DNA of 64,000 nt from a virus (IMGVR_UViG_3300037067_018091:1-64000), one strand, 5' to 3'; numbered from the stretch's first letter, positions 14,006 through 28,204 are shown. Numbers and translations: made by a program. The notes: generated by a model not told the origin, from the sequence alone.

Positions 14006-16126
14006 ATGGGATATCTTTTACCTGGTGGACGTTTTAAAAGGAATTATGGAGATTCATTGGTTTCTTCTGATTCACAACAGAATATCACTACAATTCCTTC
14101 TTTTAAACCAGTGACAGCGGGATCATTAACAAATACTCAGGGACGTATTGCGCGGGCAAGAAGTGTTACAGCTAATGCGGATATAAGTAGAACTGCTCCA
14201 ACATTTAATGATCCACGTTATACATTTACTACATTAAGTATTCCTACAGATTTACGTACATTAAATGGATTGTATCGATTTTTTGATGATACAGATCCTG
14301 TTGTAGGTAATGCTATTCGACTCCATACAGAATTTCCACTTTCTCGTATTTCTATGAAGGATGTTGGAGACCCCGTAATCCAACATCATTTTGAAGAAAT
14401 GTGGTCACGGATTAATATGGAACGCCTTTTATTTGATATTGCACTTGAATATTGGCGAATTGGTAATGTATTTCCATATGGTGCATGGAATACAGATGAT
14501 TTAATGTGGAATCAATTTGTAATTTTGAATCCAGATTACGTTACTGTAGAGGGTACGTTTTTAAATCAACGCCCATTAGTAAAACTACAACCTGATGAAC
14601 ATCTTAAAAAGATTATTTCTACGGGGCAGCCAAAAATGTTATATGATCAGTTGCCTACTGAAATTATTAAGTATGTTCGAATGGGCCAAGAAATTCCTCT
14701 TTCACCGAATAATGTATTTCATCTTGCACATAATAAAGCTCCGTATGAAACTTTGGGGCGTTCAATTATAAAACGAGTTTTGAAAAGTCTTATTTATGAA
14801 GATCGTATGTCGATGGCAAATTTTGCTATTGCTACCCGCCAAACAATTCCTATTACTGTGGTTAAACTTGGTGATGCTAATTCAGGCTGGGTACCCAACG
14901 ATGATGAATTTGAACAATTTCGTGAATTGTTGTCTGCACGTGAAGTTGATCCTAATTTTACAATTGTATATCACTGGGGCGTTGATATACAATTTTATGG
15001 TGCCTCTGGGAAGATTTGGAATCTTACAAATGAATTTAATCGAATTATGAAATGGAAGCTTATTGGGTTAGGAATTTCAGAAGCGATTCTTACTGGCGGG
15101 AGTTCTTATGCGACTGCGTACGCGCAATTAGAAGTATTACGACAGAGATATTTACATTTTCAAAATATATTAACCAATTTTGTATATCAAGGAATTTTTG
15201 AACCCGTTGCAAAAATTTGTGGCTTTTATCAAAGTTCCACAGTTGTTTCAGGTAAATATTATCAAGGGAAAAAATTTGGTAATTCTGAATTGATGAAAAT
15301 AGAAGAAGAAATTCAAAAACATGCTGCGAATTATGGTAATGAAGAAAGTCGTCGATATGTAGAACAGTTAAGGAAACGCGCTGCAAATTTAGATCCTAAT
15401 CCAAATCTTGTATTTCCAAATTTAGATTGGGATTTATTATCTTTATCTAATGATGTACAATATAGAAATTTTTTGATGAATTTTGATAGATTATTTCCGG
15501 GTTCACGTAAAATTTCTGATGCCACATTTTATATGGCAGCAAAGCTTGATCAAAATGTCGAACGTGAAAAGATATTAAGAGAGCATGAACAGAATTTAGA
15601 AGATCAATTAGAAAAAGCTAAAATTACTGAAAAGTATAAAAAGAAATTTGAAAAAGAGGGTGTACCTTTTCCAATGACTCCACAACCAGGTGGTGGAGCA
15701 GGTGGAGCAGGTGGAGCAGGTGCTCCCGGGGGATCGCCGGGCCCAGGAGGAATGAATATCCCAGCAGGCGGGGCACCGCCCGTTGGAGGAACTGGTGGTG
15801 GTAATTTAATGGGCGCACCTGCAATGACTCCAAATGCACCTGTGGGACTTAATAATTTTATGGGAAATCCTCCTTCACGTGGCGGTGTGGCTCAAGGACC
15901 TGAAGCATCTCGAATGAAATCTATGCAAATTCAACGGCAAATTGCACGATCAGGTGCAGAGGTTGAAGAAGGTCTTGCAGCGGAAGTAAAAAAACTTCGT
16001 GCATTAAATAAAGATGCAGGAATTGATATTGATGCAATTGATACGGAGGCAGCAGTTAATGCTGAACTTGAAAAACAAGCTACAACAGATCAAAATGATT
16101 CTTCAAAATCGACTGAGTCTGAATAA
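14006..16126 (+). CDS. portal protein
   Basis: 706 aa upstream of head genes; D-P-VVGNAI, VFHLAHN..YETLGRSII, coiled and Gly/Pro-rich C-terminus typical of large-phage portals. Confidence 0.8.
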   Translation: MGYLLPGGRFKRNYGDSLVSSDSQQNITTIPSFKPVTAGSLTNTQGRIARARSVTANADISRTAPTFNDPRYTFTTLSIPTDLRTLNGLYRFFDDTDPVVGNAIRLHTEFPLSRISMKDVGDPVIQHHFEEMWSRINMERLLFDIALEYWRIGNVFPYGAWNTDDLMWNQFVILNPDYVTVEGTFLNQRPLVKLQPDEHLKKIISTGQPKMLYDQLPTEIIKYVRMGQEIPLSPNNVFHLAHNKAPYETLGRSIIKRVLKSLIYEDRMSMANFAIATRQTIPITVVKLGDANSGWVPNDDEFEQFRELLSAREVDPNFTIVYHWGVDIQFYGASGKIWNLTNEFNRIMKWKLIGLGISEAILTGGSSYATAYAQLEVLRQRYLHFQNILTNFVYQGIFEPVAKICGFYQSSTVVSGKYYQGKKFGNSELMKIEEEIQKHAANYGNEESRRYVEQLRKRAANLDPNPNLVFPNLDWDLLSLSNDVQYRNFLMNFDRLFPGSRKISDATFYMAAKLDQNVEREKILREHEQNLEDQLEKAKITEKYKKKFEKEGVPFPMTPQPGGGAGGAGGAGAPGGSPGPGGMNIPAGGAPPVGGTGGGNLMGAPAMTPNAPVGLNNFMGNPPSRGGVAQGPEASRMKSMQIQRQIARSGAEVEEGLAAEVKKLRALNKDAGIDIDAIDTEAAVNAELEKQATTDQNDSSKSTESE
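15692..15718 (+). repeat. 3 x 9-bp coding repeat (GGA)
   Basis: ggtggagca x3 in portal C-terminus. Confidence 0.85.
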
Positions 16127-17099
16127 ACTGAGTCTGAAGAAAATTGCTGTTAAATTGTCGCCAGAGACAATTGATAAAGCATTTAAACAAAATGATGCCG
16201 CGGCTATGAATGAAGTTGCTGATGCGGTTATTAAGATGGTAAATGCTGTAATTAATAAATTACATATCAGGGAGAAATACGGCTATGATGTAATGAATGA
16301 TTTTAGAAGTGAGGTACTTACAAAATTATTTGATTATTCATTAGAAAGATTTGATCCCTTAAGAGCAAGCCTTTCTACTTTTGTTTATACACATGTTGGA
16401 AATGAGTGGAAAAATTTTCAAAATAAGGAAATTAGACGTTTACAAAGAGAATTATCTACAGAGACTCCGTTAGGGGGTGGAGAAGGATTTACGCTTGGCG
16501 AAACTTTAGAAGATCCTAGATCAGTAGATTTTGTATCTGCACAGGAAGCAGCGCAAATGTATGAAGAATTACAAAATGAATTGAACGATTCTAGATACAA
16601 GGAAATTTTTAGATTATGGGTAGATGATACCGCTTTAAATGATGAGTTAGAAACAATTGGGCAACCGGTAGTCGAAAAGGAACGAAATGCAAAACAAAAA
16701 GCAGATGATATTGCAAAAATTATTAATGCTAAATTTCCAGATAGGCCGCTTAGTGCAATTAGAGTTAATCGTGTGATTCATGATATTGTTAAAGAATTGG
16801 TGCGTAAGAAATTTCCGGAAGAAGTTCCCGGGTCCAAGACGGTCTCACCTATTCAAGAAGAAGTTTTACCAAATAGCCCTGAGATACCGGTTGAACCGGG
16901 TTTGCAAGAACAAGAAAAATATATTCCGTTTGAAGAACGTCCTGCCCCCGCCTATAGAATTAATCCTCAAACGGGCGAACGTACTCTTATTTCATTAAAT
17001 CTTCGTCGTAAGTTAAGTTCAGTGAAGTATTCACAAGATAGGGTTTTTAACACTATAATGACATGGTTGAGTATTGAATTAAATGGCAAACTTAAATAA
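16014..17099 (+). CDS. sigma-70-like protein with extensions
   Basis: region-2-like ERFDPLRASLSTFVYTHVGN and region-3-like LSTETPLGGGEGFTLGETLED; start may be ATG 16095. Confidence 0.6.
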   Translation: MQELILMQLIRRQQLMLNLKNKLQQIKMILQNRLSLNKLSLKKIAVKLSPETIDKAFKQNDAAAMNEVADAVIKMVNAVINKLHIREKYGYDVMNDFRSEVLTKLFDYSLERFDPLRASLSTFVYTHVGNEWKNFQNKEIRRLQRELSTETPLGGGEGFTLGETLEDPRSVDFVSAQEAAQMYEELQNELNDSRYKEIFRLWVDDTALNDELETIGQPVVEKERNAKQKADDIAKIINAKFPDRPLSAIRVNRVIHDIVKELVRKKFPEEVPGSKTVSPIQEEVLPNSPEIPVEPGLQEQEKYIPFEERPAPAYRINPQTGERTLISLNLRRKLSSVKYSQDRVFNTIMTWLSIELNGKLK

Positions 17100-17886
17100 T
17101 ATTTTAAAAGTTGCGTGTTCGGGAAAAGTGGGCGATCCTAAAACACTGTCTCAACAAGAAGAGATGCGCCTAGGTGCGATTATTCAATCTGAAGGTTCTA
17201 CTGAAGTTGAAAAACGTACGGCGGTAGAACGCCTCGTAATGAAAAATATTTATTTAGTATTAAAAATTACTCATAAATATAAACGAAAAGAATTTGAGTT
17301 TGAAGATCTAGTTAGTTATGGGATTCTTGGATTATTTAAAGCGGCAACGAAATATGATCCAACGCGACAAAATAGATTTGCGTCTTATGCACGGCATTGG
17401 ATTAAAGAATCTATTATGAAAGCAATTAATGAATATAGTGGGCGCCCTAAAATTCCTGTTTATTTAGTAAAAGATCTTTGGTGCGTTTCTCGAATACTTT
17501 CACAAAATGATAATTTAGATGATATTACACTTGCAGAACGCGCAAACATTTCAATTGAATCCGCCGCGCATTTGAGGTCTTTATTATTTAAATTTGTTCC
17601 ATTTGATAGTACATATTCAGAGGTAGTATTTACAACTCCTGAAGATGAATTAATTCGCCGTGAACGAGATGCGGCAATAATTGAACAACTTAAAAAGTGT
17701 TTAACTCCCGAACAATTCACAGTAATTATGTATTCATGTGGATTATGTGAATATCCTAAAATGAAATTTAAGCAAATTACAAAGATTTTCAAAATAGAAA
17801 ATCCTAGACGCGTTAAGTTAGAAGCGATGCATATATTGAGTAAAAATGTAGTGTTGGAAGAGTTATATAAAGAAGGATTAGAGTAA
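17083..17886 (+). CDS. RNA polymerase sigma-70 family factor
   Basis: LVMKNIYLV, FEDLVSYGILGLFKAATKYDP..NRFASYARHWIKESI. Confidence 0.9.
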   Translation: MANLNNILKVACSGKVGDPKTLSQQEEMRLGAIIQSEGSTEVEKRTAVERLVMKNIYLVLKITHKYKRKEFEFEDLVSYGILGLFKAATKYDPTRQNRFASYARHWIKESIMKAINEYSGRPKIPVYLVKDLWCVSRILSQNDNLDDITLAERANISIESAAHLRSLLFKFVPFDSTYSEVVFTTPEDELIRRERDAAIIEQLKKCLTPEQFTVIMYSCGLCEYPKMKFKQITKIFKIENPRRVKLEAMHILSKNVVLEELYKEGLE

Positions 17887-18462
17887 ATGTCGAAATCTTT
17901 TAAAGAAGTACTCAATGATGAGTATAAAAAAGAGTTAGAAATAGTTTCTTGTCCCATTATTTTAGGAATTGAAAATATTTCCATTCCATCAGAAGATGCA
18001 ACGCTAGAAGAGGCGGAAAAAATTTGGCCTATTTTAGAAGCGTCATTAAATTTAAAACATGGTTATGGGCTTGCGGCAATCCAAATTGGTATTCCTAAAA
18101 AGATAGCAATAGTTTATTATAACGAAAAAATGTATCGATTACTTAATACACGTATCATTTCGACAAATTCTTCAATAATAATTTATAACGAAGGTTGTTT
18201 GAGTATTCCTAAAAAGACCGTGCACACGGAAAGATTTGCCACATTAAAAATTCAAGACGATGTTTTAGGGGAATTGCAATTAAATATGTCTAAAGATGGA
18301 TTGCTCCCCATTATATTTCAACACGAAATAGACCATTTTAATGGCCAAACTATTTTAGATAGAGTTCGTAAACCCGTTCAAAATCCTCTTAAAACCGGTC
18401 GAAACGACCCCTGCCCCTGCGGCTCTGGTAAAAAATATAAAAAATGTTGCCTGAGCGTTTGA
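17887..18462 (+). CDS. def: peptide deformylase with C-terminal SEC-C motif
   Basis: [21 protein letters not shown]; [18 protein letters not shown]. Confidence 0.93.
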   Translation: MSKSFKEVLNDEYKKELEIVSCPIILGIENISIPSEDATLEEAEKIWPILEASLNLKHGYGLAAIQIGIPKKIAIVYYNEKMYRLLNTRIISTNSSIIIYNEGCLSIPKKTVHTERFATLKIQDDVLGELQLNMSKDGLLPIIFQHEIDHFNGQTILDRVRKPVQNPLKTGRNDPCPCGSGKKYKKCCLSV

Positions 18463-18582
18463 ACTATATTAATTTAGATAAATAAGAATTTCTAGGTTTT
18501 TGAAAACTATGAAAACCTATATGAAGAACATCTATGTCGTTTGCTTATTTTAATTTATTGAAGTTTATCAAGGAATATTACA

Positions 18583-18933
18583 GTGCAGCAACGACGCGTG
18601 GCGGTTTCGCCCGGACAACCGTTCAATATAGATGAAAATATTGAATACAATAGTATTTCAGGATCTTGGGTTAATTTTGGAAATGCGGTTCCGGGTAAAG
18701 CTGTTCGAGTACAAGGTATTTATTGGTCTTGTACAACTGTAGGCGCAAGTATTAAAATTAGGGATGTAAGACCTGCAAATAATCCAAGCGTAGTTTGGTA
18801 CGATGCTGTTTGTGTTGGTGGAGCCGTTGCTTTGGATCAATTTGCATCACATTTAACATTATTTGCTCCATTTCAGTATTATGTTTCGGGAAGTTCTGGG
18901 GATACAATTATTATTTATGGTGAATATTTATAG
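18583..18933 (+). CDS. putative virion protein
   Basis: GTG start, beta-rich, first gene after promoter motif at 18461. Confidence 0.65.
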   Translation: MQQRRVAVSPGQPFNIDENIEYNSISGSWVNFGNAVPGKAVRVQGIYWSCTTVGASIKIRDVRPANNPSVVWYDAVCVGGAVALDQFASHLTLFAPFQYYVSGSSGDTIIIYGEYL

Positions 18934-19392
18934 ATGGCTGTTGAACGAAAAAATCCTTCATTAAAATTATTAGGTGCAATGCACGCAGTAAAATATTATA
19001 CTCGTGAAGGTATGTATTATGAGGGCACGGAAAATTTTCCATGTATGTATCTTCCTCGAATCCGGTACAATCAAACATTATATCAATGGGAAGTTACAAA
19101 TGACGGAGAAAATTATTTTCCCATTATTGGCACGGTTAGCGGCAGTATAAATAATTCACAAAAATATTCTACTATAATTTCAACAATATTAAATGCGAAT
19201 ACAAATTTTGTACTAGCTGCGCCGTATGTACCTTCCGGTAATGGAGATAATTTAGATATATTTTTAAATGGCCAATTATTAACTCCTAAGATTGGAAATA
19301 TTCAAGGCGATTATATAGAAATTAATAATACCACGATACAATTTTATTTCAACGTACCTAAAGGCGCGTTGTTAACTTACGTTATCCGTTAA
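18934..19392 (+). CDS. putative virion fibre/collar protein
   Basis: C-terminal LDIFLNGQL..DYIE..FYF..LTYVIR domain shared with next gene. Confidence 0.65.
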   Translation: MAVERKNPSLKLLGAMHAVKYYTREGMYYEGTENFPCMYLPRIRYNQTLYQWEVTNDGENYFPIIGTVSGSINNSQKYSTIISTILNANTNFVLAAPYVPSGNGDNLDIFLNGQLLTPKIGNIQGDYIEINNTTIQFYFNVPKGALLTYVIR

Positions 19393-19406
19393 AGGAGGTG
19401 AATTAA

Positions 19407-20012
19407 ATGGGATTTAGATCATTACTCGATCAAGCAACTCAAATTAGTGGTAGTTTTACGTATGATGATTCGTTAAGTATGGCAAGTGCAGAGTCTTATG
19501 AACCGAAGACTTTAGAAGCGGATCTTAACTATGTTAGATCGCAATTAAAAGTAATTACAGGGGAAGCGAATTGGTTTGATGCGCCGGTTGAAAGTTTGCA
19601 TGATTTTAATGTAGGACTTTCAGGATCTTTTGCAAATATTCAATCTTTTACGGGGCAAAGTGATGTTACCGATAGTGCACCTACATATTCGTCTACAAGT
19701 TATGTTACGCAAGGGAATAGTCTTGAGGCAGCAATAGGAGAATTAGACGCGGCAATCGATGGGTTAGCGGGTGTAAAGGTAACTGAACGATTAACTTCTA
19801 CATTGAATGCAGAAACTGCTCACACATTGCCTGGTGGAAATTCATATACCCCCGCAGAAGGTGCGAATATGGATGTATATGTGAATGGAGAATTGCAACA
19901 AGCTGATATTACCGGTGAAGAACGAGATTATGCAGAAACTTCTACTACTCAAGTAACATTTCATTTTAAGCTTCGACAAAATGCATTTATTACTTATGTA
20001 ATCCGCGGGTAA
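19407..20012 (+). CDS. putative virion fibre/collar protein
   Basis: LEAAIGELDAAI coil; MDVYVNGEL..DYAE..ITYVIR domain. Confidence 0.7.
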   Translation: MGFRSLLDQATQISGSFTYDDSLSMASAESYEPKTLEADLNYVRSQLKVITGEANWFDAPVESLHDFNVGLSGSFANIQSFTGQSDVTDSAPTYSSTSYVTQGNSLEAAIGELDAAIDGLAGVKVTERLTSTLNAETAHTLPGGNSYTPAEGANMDVYVNGELQQADITGEERDYAETSTTQVTFHFKLRQNAFITYVIRG

Positions 20013-20032
20013 TTAGAATAATAAAGGGTAAT

Positions 20033-20197
20033 ATGGTTAAAGAAAAGGTAAAAGAATTGTTAGATGTATTACGAAGAGATGAAGTATCTCTTCGTAATAC
20101 TATTATTAATGCAACTGGCCAATTAAATTATAATTTAAAAGTTCAGCGAGAGCTTGAAAAAATTCTTACTATGGAATCTAAGAATAAGAAAAAATAA
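20033..20197 (+). CDS. small coiled-coil protein
   Basis: 54-aa ORF translated by hand, AAGGG RBS, TAATG overlap with next gene. Confidence 0.65.
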   Translation: MVKEKVKELLDVLRRDEVSLRNTIINATGQLNYNLKVQRELEKILTMESKNKKK

Positions 20198-20808
20198 TGG
20201 GATTTCGTTCACAATTAGATGACGGCCAACTTATTTTTGGTGCTGGGTCGGGTATTTCATTGGATGACATACCAAATGGTATTATTCGAAGTAGTCTTAC
20301 ACCAGGTACTCAAACTATTCATGGCAATAAAAATTTTACCGCAAATTTTTCGGGGAGTAATTTAATTATTCGAGAAAATATTTATATCGAAACTCCGCAG
20401 ACTCCCGCCCCGTTTCAAGGTATCCATTTTTGGAATGCTGGCGCAAAAATAGGTATTATAGAAAATGGGACAATTTTTATTCAAACGTCGGCAATTCCGC
20501 ACAATTCTGTCTATATTAGTGGTAAATTGCAACTTACAGAAGATTTATATCTAAATCAAGATGGCGTTGCATCTGAGAATTGTTCAATTTATTTCAACAA
20601 TTCGACCCAATCGCTGTCATACGTAGGGGGTCATAGTAGTTTTGAGATATCAACTAATCTTCTTGTAGTTGGTAATTTAAGTTGTCAAAAATTTGTAATT
20701 CCTGCGCAAAGATCTGCTCCAAGCGGTCCGCAATTAGGTCAAATGTATTTTAATACGGATAATAATAAACTTTACGTATACAATGGGTCTATTTGGGTCG
20801 TTACATAA
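20197..20808 (+). CDS. putative fibre protein
   Basis: C-terminal APSGPQLGQMYFNTDNNKLYVYNG fibre motif. Confidence 0.7.
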   Translation: MGFRSQLDDGQLIFGAGSGISLDDIPNGIIRSSLTPGTQTIHGNKNFTANFSGSNLIIRENIYIETPQTPAPFQGIHFWNAGAKIGIIENGTIFIQTSAIPHNSVYISGKLQLTEDLYLNQDGVASENCSIYFNNSTQSLSYVGGHSSFEISTNLLVVGNLSCQKFVIPAQRSAPSGPQLGQMYFNTDNNKLYVYNGSIWVVT

Positions 20809-20870
20809 TTTTTAAATTTTTGACGGTCTCCGTTTAGGGAATTTGGAACTATAATATTATCAATTGATGT

Positions 20871-21323
20871 ATGTTTATATGTCGAGGGAAATTGTTGTCT
20901 AATATTGAACGCACCGCGCAATTATTGTACAAAGCAGTATCGCAAGCATCTATACCTCCTGCTAAGTTAGGTATAGGTGATTTAATTATAATCACGGGCG
21001 CGACTGATGATGCGGTAGGCATTGTAAAAGATCTTCAAGAAACTGATGATCAAATAAATATCGTACTTTATACTGCAAAAGGACTTCAACAAATCAAAGT
21101 TTCTGATAAAAATTATATTCATTTAATTAAGAGGGCAGATATGCTGAGTCTTCGTAAACATACTGATTATGATCGCGATTTGAAGGATATGACAGAAGAT
21201 ACTCATGGATATGATAAAGGTTGTACACAATCGCCCGAGCACGGTCCAGTATTGGATTCAGATAAATCTAATTTACCGACTTCAAAAATTTCACTTAATT
21301 TAAGAAATAGAATAAAAAATTAA
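20871..21323 (+). CDS. hypothetical head-module protein
   Basis: ORF 150 aa before protease. Confidence 0.7.
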   Translation: MFICRGKLLSNIERTAQLLYKAVSQASIPPAKLGIGDLIIITGATDDAVGIVKDLQETDDQINIVLYTAKGLQQIKVSDKNYIHLIKRADMLSLRKHTDYDRDLKDMTEDTHGYDKGCTQSPEHGPVLDSDKSNLPTSKISLNLRNRIKN

Positions 21324-21326
21324 ATT

Positions 21327-25100
<3,774 letters not shown>

Positions 25101-25133
25101 CGTTTAACGTTTTCCCAAGGAGGTTTAGTCTAA

Positions 25134-25631
25134 ATGGCTAACACTATTACTTTGAGAGGACACTTCGGCATTAAACAGTCGTTTAACGTTGCGTCTACGT
25201 ATAGTTCTACTACTGGTTTGTATGCTCCTACGGCATCGTGGGTCGCCGGACAACTTTTTGTCATCGGCACGGCATCAACTTCATTAGTAGATGAGTACGT
25301 AGTAAAATGTTCAACGTCTGGATCTGCGGTCCTTGGAGTAGCTCTTGAGAACAGTGCGGATGCATCTACTGCTGTTGCAGGTATGGCGCAACCGTCAGGT
25401 TCTAAAGTAACTATTCTTCATGGCCACAGCAAGTTCGAAGTGAAGAACGGATCCGCTAATGGATGCTACGAATCAGAAATTGATGAAAATACTTCATTGA
25501 TGACTCTGTTGTACGCTTCCAGTAACGGTAAGTTCGCTAAGACAGCGGGCAGCGGCCACGCAATTGGTTTCTTAACCAAAGCTCCGTCTGCTTCAAACAG
25601 TTACACAATTGGAGTCGTTTTATTCGGCTAA
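25134..25631 (+). CDS. capsid decoration/stabilising protein
   Basis: 165 aa, directly before major capsid gene, AGGAGG RBS, host-like codon use. Confidence 0.65.
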   Translation: MANTITLRGHFGIKQSFNVASTYSSTTGLYAPTASWVAGQLFVIGTASTSLVDEYVVKCSTSGSAVLGVALENSADASTAVAGMAQPSGSKVTILHGHSKFEVKNGSANGCYESEIDENTSLMTLLYASSNGKFAKTAGSGHAIGFLTKAPSASNSYTIGVVLFG

Positions 25632-25652
25632 TTAGGAGGTTAGTACTTTATT

Positions 25653-26642
25653 ATGAAAAAGAATGCAAGTGCATACCCGCCCGGATATCAGCAGAAAACT
25701 GCGACTCCTGAAGCGGGGTTTGGTGTGGAGAAGACAGCTGACTTCTCAACAACTGATCCATATACGCAGTATACAGATGCTGCCGAGGCGGATCAGATTT
25801 TTACGCTTTTGCAATCGGAAGCAGGGCGCCAGGCATTAGGTGCTCAAATGGCGATTCCTATTCGTACCCAGCTCGATTACCAGGGCATGGCGCGTAGATT
25901 TTTCGAGATCGACGTTCTAGGTCAGGGACAAATTGCGCGGTACGATCGGGATATTAACGCATTCGCGGCCACAGTAACTAAGAAAGGTGAGTCTGTTCAG
26001 TTTATTGTTGAAGGCGCATACGTTGAGCCCGTAACGTGGGAAATTTTTGCTCCCGCGGCAATTCGGTTGAAAGAAATCCAACAGCGTCGTTTCAATGTTC
26101 TCGATCGTATGCAGGAGAGAATCCGTATTGCGGTCCAGATCGAAGAAGACACGCAATTCTTGGCCCTCACTGAAACGGTCGTGTCTAACAACACGTCCAA
26201 CAACCCGATTACTACTTCTACTGCGGGCGCATCTAAGGATTTCTATAATCAACTTTCTGCGGAAATTATGAAGTGGGATTTGCCCGCTTATGCGTACTTG
26301 ATGAATTTCAAGACGTTCAGTCATTTCCGTTCATGGCGTCGTAATGACGTTGATCCTGTAACCCAACGTGAAATTTGGCAAACTGGATTATTTGGTAGTC
26401 TTTGGGGAGTCGATATCATTGTCTCCCGTTTGGTTCCAAATAACTGGGTCTATTGCTATTCTGAGCCGCGGTTTACAGGTGTATTACCTGTTCGTACTGA
26501 TTTGATTCTTCTTCCGGATGATACGCCGAAGGAAGCATTGATCGGTTATGTCGGGTACGAAGAAATCGGTATGTTGATTGTTAATTCGAATAGTGTCGCC
26601 CGCGGGTCATTTAGTGGTTTTATTTCTACTGGTGTTGCTTAA
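25653..26642 (+). CDS. major capsid protein
   Basis: GRQALGAQMAIPIRTQLDYQG..RRFF, G.LWGVDIIVSR; AGGAGG RBS; followed by hairpin. Confidence 0.88.
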   Translation: MKKNASAYPPGYQQKTATPEAGFGVEKTADFSTTDPYTQYTDAAEADQIFTLLQSEAGRQALGAQMAIPIRTQLDYQGMARRFFEIDVLGQGQIARYDRDINAFAATVTKKGESVQFIVEGAYVEPVTWEIFAPAAIRLKEIQQRRFNVLDRMQERIRIAVQIEEDTQFLALTETVVSNNTSNNPITTSTAGASKDFYNQLSAEIMKWDLPAYAYLMNFKTFSHFRSWRRNDVDPVTQREIWQTGLFGSLWGVDIIVSRLVPNNWVYCYSEPRFTGVLPVRTDLILLPDDTPKEALIGYVGYEEIGMLIVNSNSVARGSFSGFISTGVA

Positions 26643-26656
26643 TCGTTGTTGAATAA

Positions 26657-26686
26657 GTAAAGAGGGGGGTAATTCCCCCTCTTTAC
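26657..26686 (+). terminator. hairpin after capsid gene (terminator or stabiliser)
   Basis: gtaaagagggggg-TAAT-tccccctctttac. Confidence 0.7.
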
Positions 26687-26708
26687 CGTTAAGAAAGGAT
26701 TTTATAGA

Positions 26709-26897
26709 ATGGCGGAGTCCAAGGAGAAATTAAGTAAGATTATGAATCGTCTTCGGGCTAGATTATTTAATCACTTTGAAGCAATGGGTCTTACGGAGGA
26801 ACAGCTTAAGGCGCATAAGCAAGCAGTGAAAGATATTACATCATCTACTTGGAACGATTTAGATGTTCTTTTAAATGATGAAAGGGGAAGTAAGTAA
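26709..26897 (+). CDS. hypothetical protein
   Basis: 62 aa with AAGGA RBS. Confidence 0.7.
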   Translation: MAESKEKLSKIMNRLRARLFNHFEAMGLTEEQLKAHKQAVKDITSSTWNDLDVLLNDERGSK

Positions 26898-27571
26898 TGT
26901 TAAATTCTGATGAAGAAAAGGCTATTATAGTTGTAGCTAGTCCCGGTTATCAAGTTCTCTTGAATGTTGGAAATGATTGTCTTACAATTGATGCATTTAA
27001 TCCCGTTAATTTGAGTCAGTTATACAATACAGAAATTTTAAGTAAATGTGGTTCTTTAGCGACACATTTACGAGATGGGCATTTAATTATGTATACAGGT
27101 GAAAACCTTCCAAAAGATCCAAATACACAACGAATAAATGCTCTCCGTAATTCAACTGCGCAGCATATTGAAGCGCAATTTTCTCAAACTGCGCAGGATT
27201 CAAATCATCCAGATATGCAAATAGAAACTAAAGCGGTTAATGTTAATGAAACTAATAAAGTATCTTTGCAACAACAAGTGACTGAATCGCGAGAAGCCTC
27301 GAAAAAGGTTGAAAGTAGACTACGTGCAAATATTGCAAAAGAATATGAGCATTCTGCATCAGTTACTTCAGATCCCGCACGAACTGTGTCGGATCCGGAT
27401 ACAAAGGATTTACTTAAAATGAAAGTTTCATTTGATGTTGATCCTAAAGTTTTTGCTGCGAAACAAGAAGCATCTCGTAAGAAATTAGACACTATTGCGC
27501 AACAAGAAGAAGATGATGCGCAAAATGAAATTAATCAAATTGAATCAAAAGAAGAAACTGGAGGAAAATAA
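26897..27571 (+). CDS. hypothetical head-module protein
   Basis: 224 aa, TAATG coupling. Confidence 0.8.
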   Translation: MLNSDEEKAIIVVASPGYQVLLNVGNDCLTIDAFNPVNLSQLYNTEILSKCGSLATHLRDGHLIMYTGENLPKDPNTQRINALRNSTAQHIEAQFSQTAQDSNHPDMQIETKAVNVNETNKVSLQQQVTESREASKKVESRLRANIAKEYEHSASVTSDPARTVSDPDTKDLLKMKVSFDVDPKVFAAKQEASRKKLDTIAQQEEDDAQNEINQIESKEETGGK

Positions 27572-27574
27572 TAA

Positions 27575-28117
27575 ATGGCGGTAACGGTTTATTGGGTAGA
27601 ATTTAACGCTGGGTATGGTGATGGTAGTACAGGGACCGCACTTGCTCAAAGTTTAAATTTTGGCAGTGTAGATCTTGCGAATTTGACTCCTGCCAGTTAT
27701 CCGATCGCCGCGGGATCTAATGGTTTTGCTAAGTATATAAAGATTCATTTTTCTGGATCTTATACACAAATTAGTAATGCAAAACTTTGGAAGTCTAATG
27801 GAGCGTATAAGACTGGAGAAGCAATTAAATTCTCTGGTAATTACGTAAAAGGTACTGGTGCGCCTACTGCGACTGCTCTGCCAGCAGTTAGTGGTAAAGC
27901 AGTTCCAGATATTGCTGTGGCATCTCCGGGTAGTGCGAACGTTTGCTTACCTGATTTGACTACAGATATTTTGAAACAATCAGAACATGAAAGCTCTCCT
28001 GGGTATGCTTCAGGTGCGTATTCATCTATGATGGCGTTCCAGCTCCAAACTACTTCGAGTGCTCCGGCCGGTCCGGTTAACACAAAGACAATTTCGCTTA
28101 CATACGATCGACAGTAA
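27575..28117 (+). CDS. putative virion structural protein
   Basis: beta-rich, GGAGG RBS, in morphogenesis operon. Confidence 0.7.
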   Translation: MAVTVYWVEFNAGYGDGSTGTALAQSLNFGSVDLANLTPASYPIAAGSNGFAKYIKIHFSGSYTQISNAKLWKSNGAYKTGEAIKFSGNYVKGTGAPTATALPAVSGKAVPDIAVASPGSANVCLPDLTTDILKQSEHESSPGYASGAYSSMMAFQLQTTSSAPAGPVNTKTISLTYDRQ

Positions 28118-28204
28118 TTGTAATACAATACGTTACCAAAATTTATATTAGATTCGAAAAGAGATACAACTGTTTTCGTTTCTAATTTTTTAGGTGGAGT
28201 AAAT

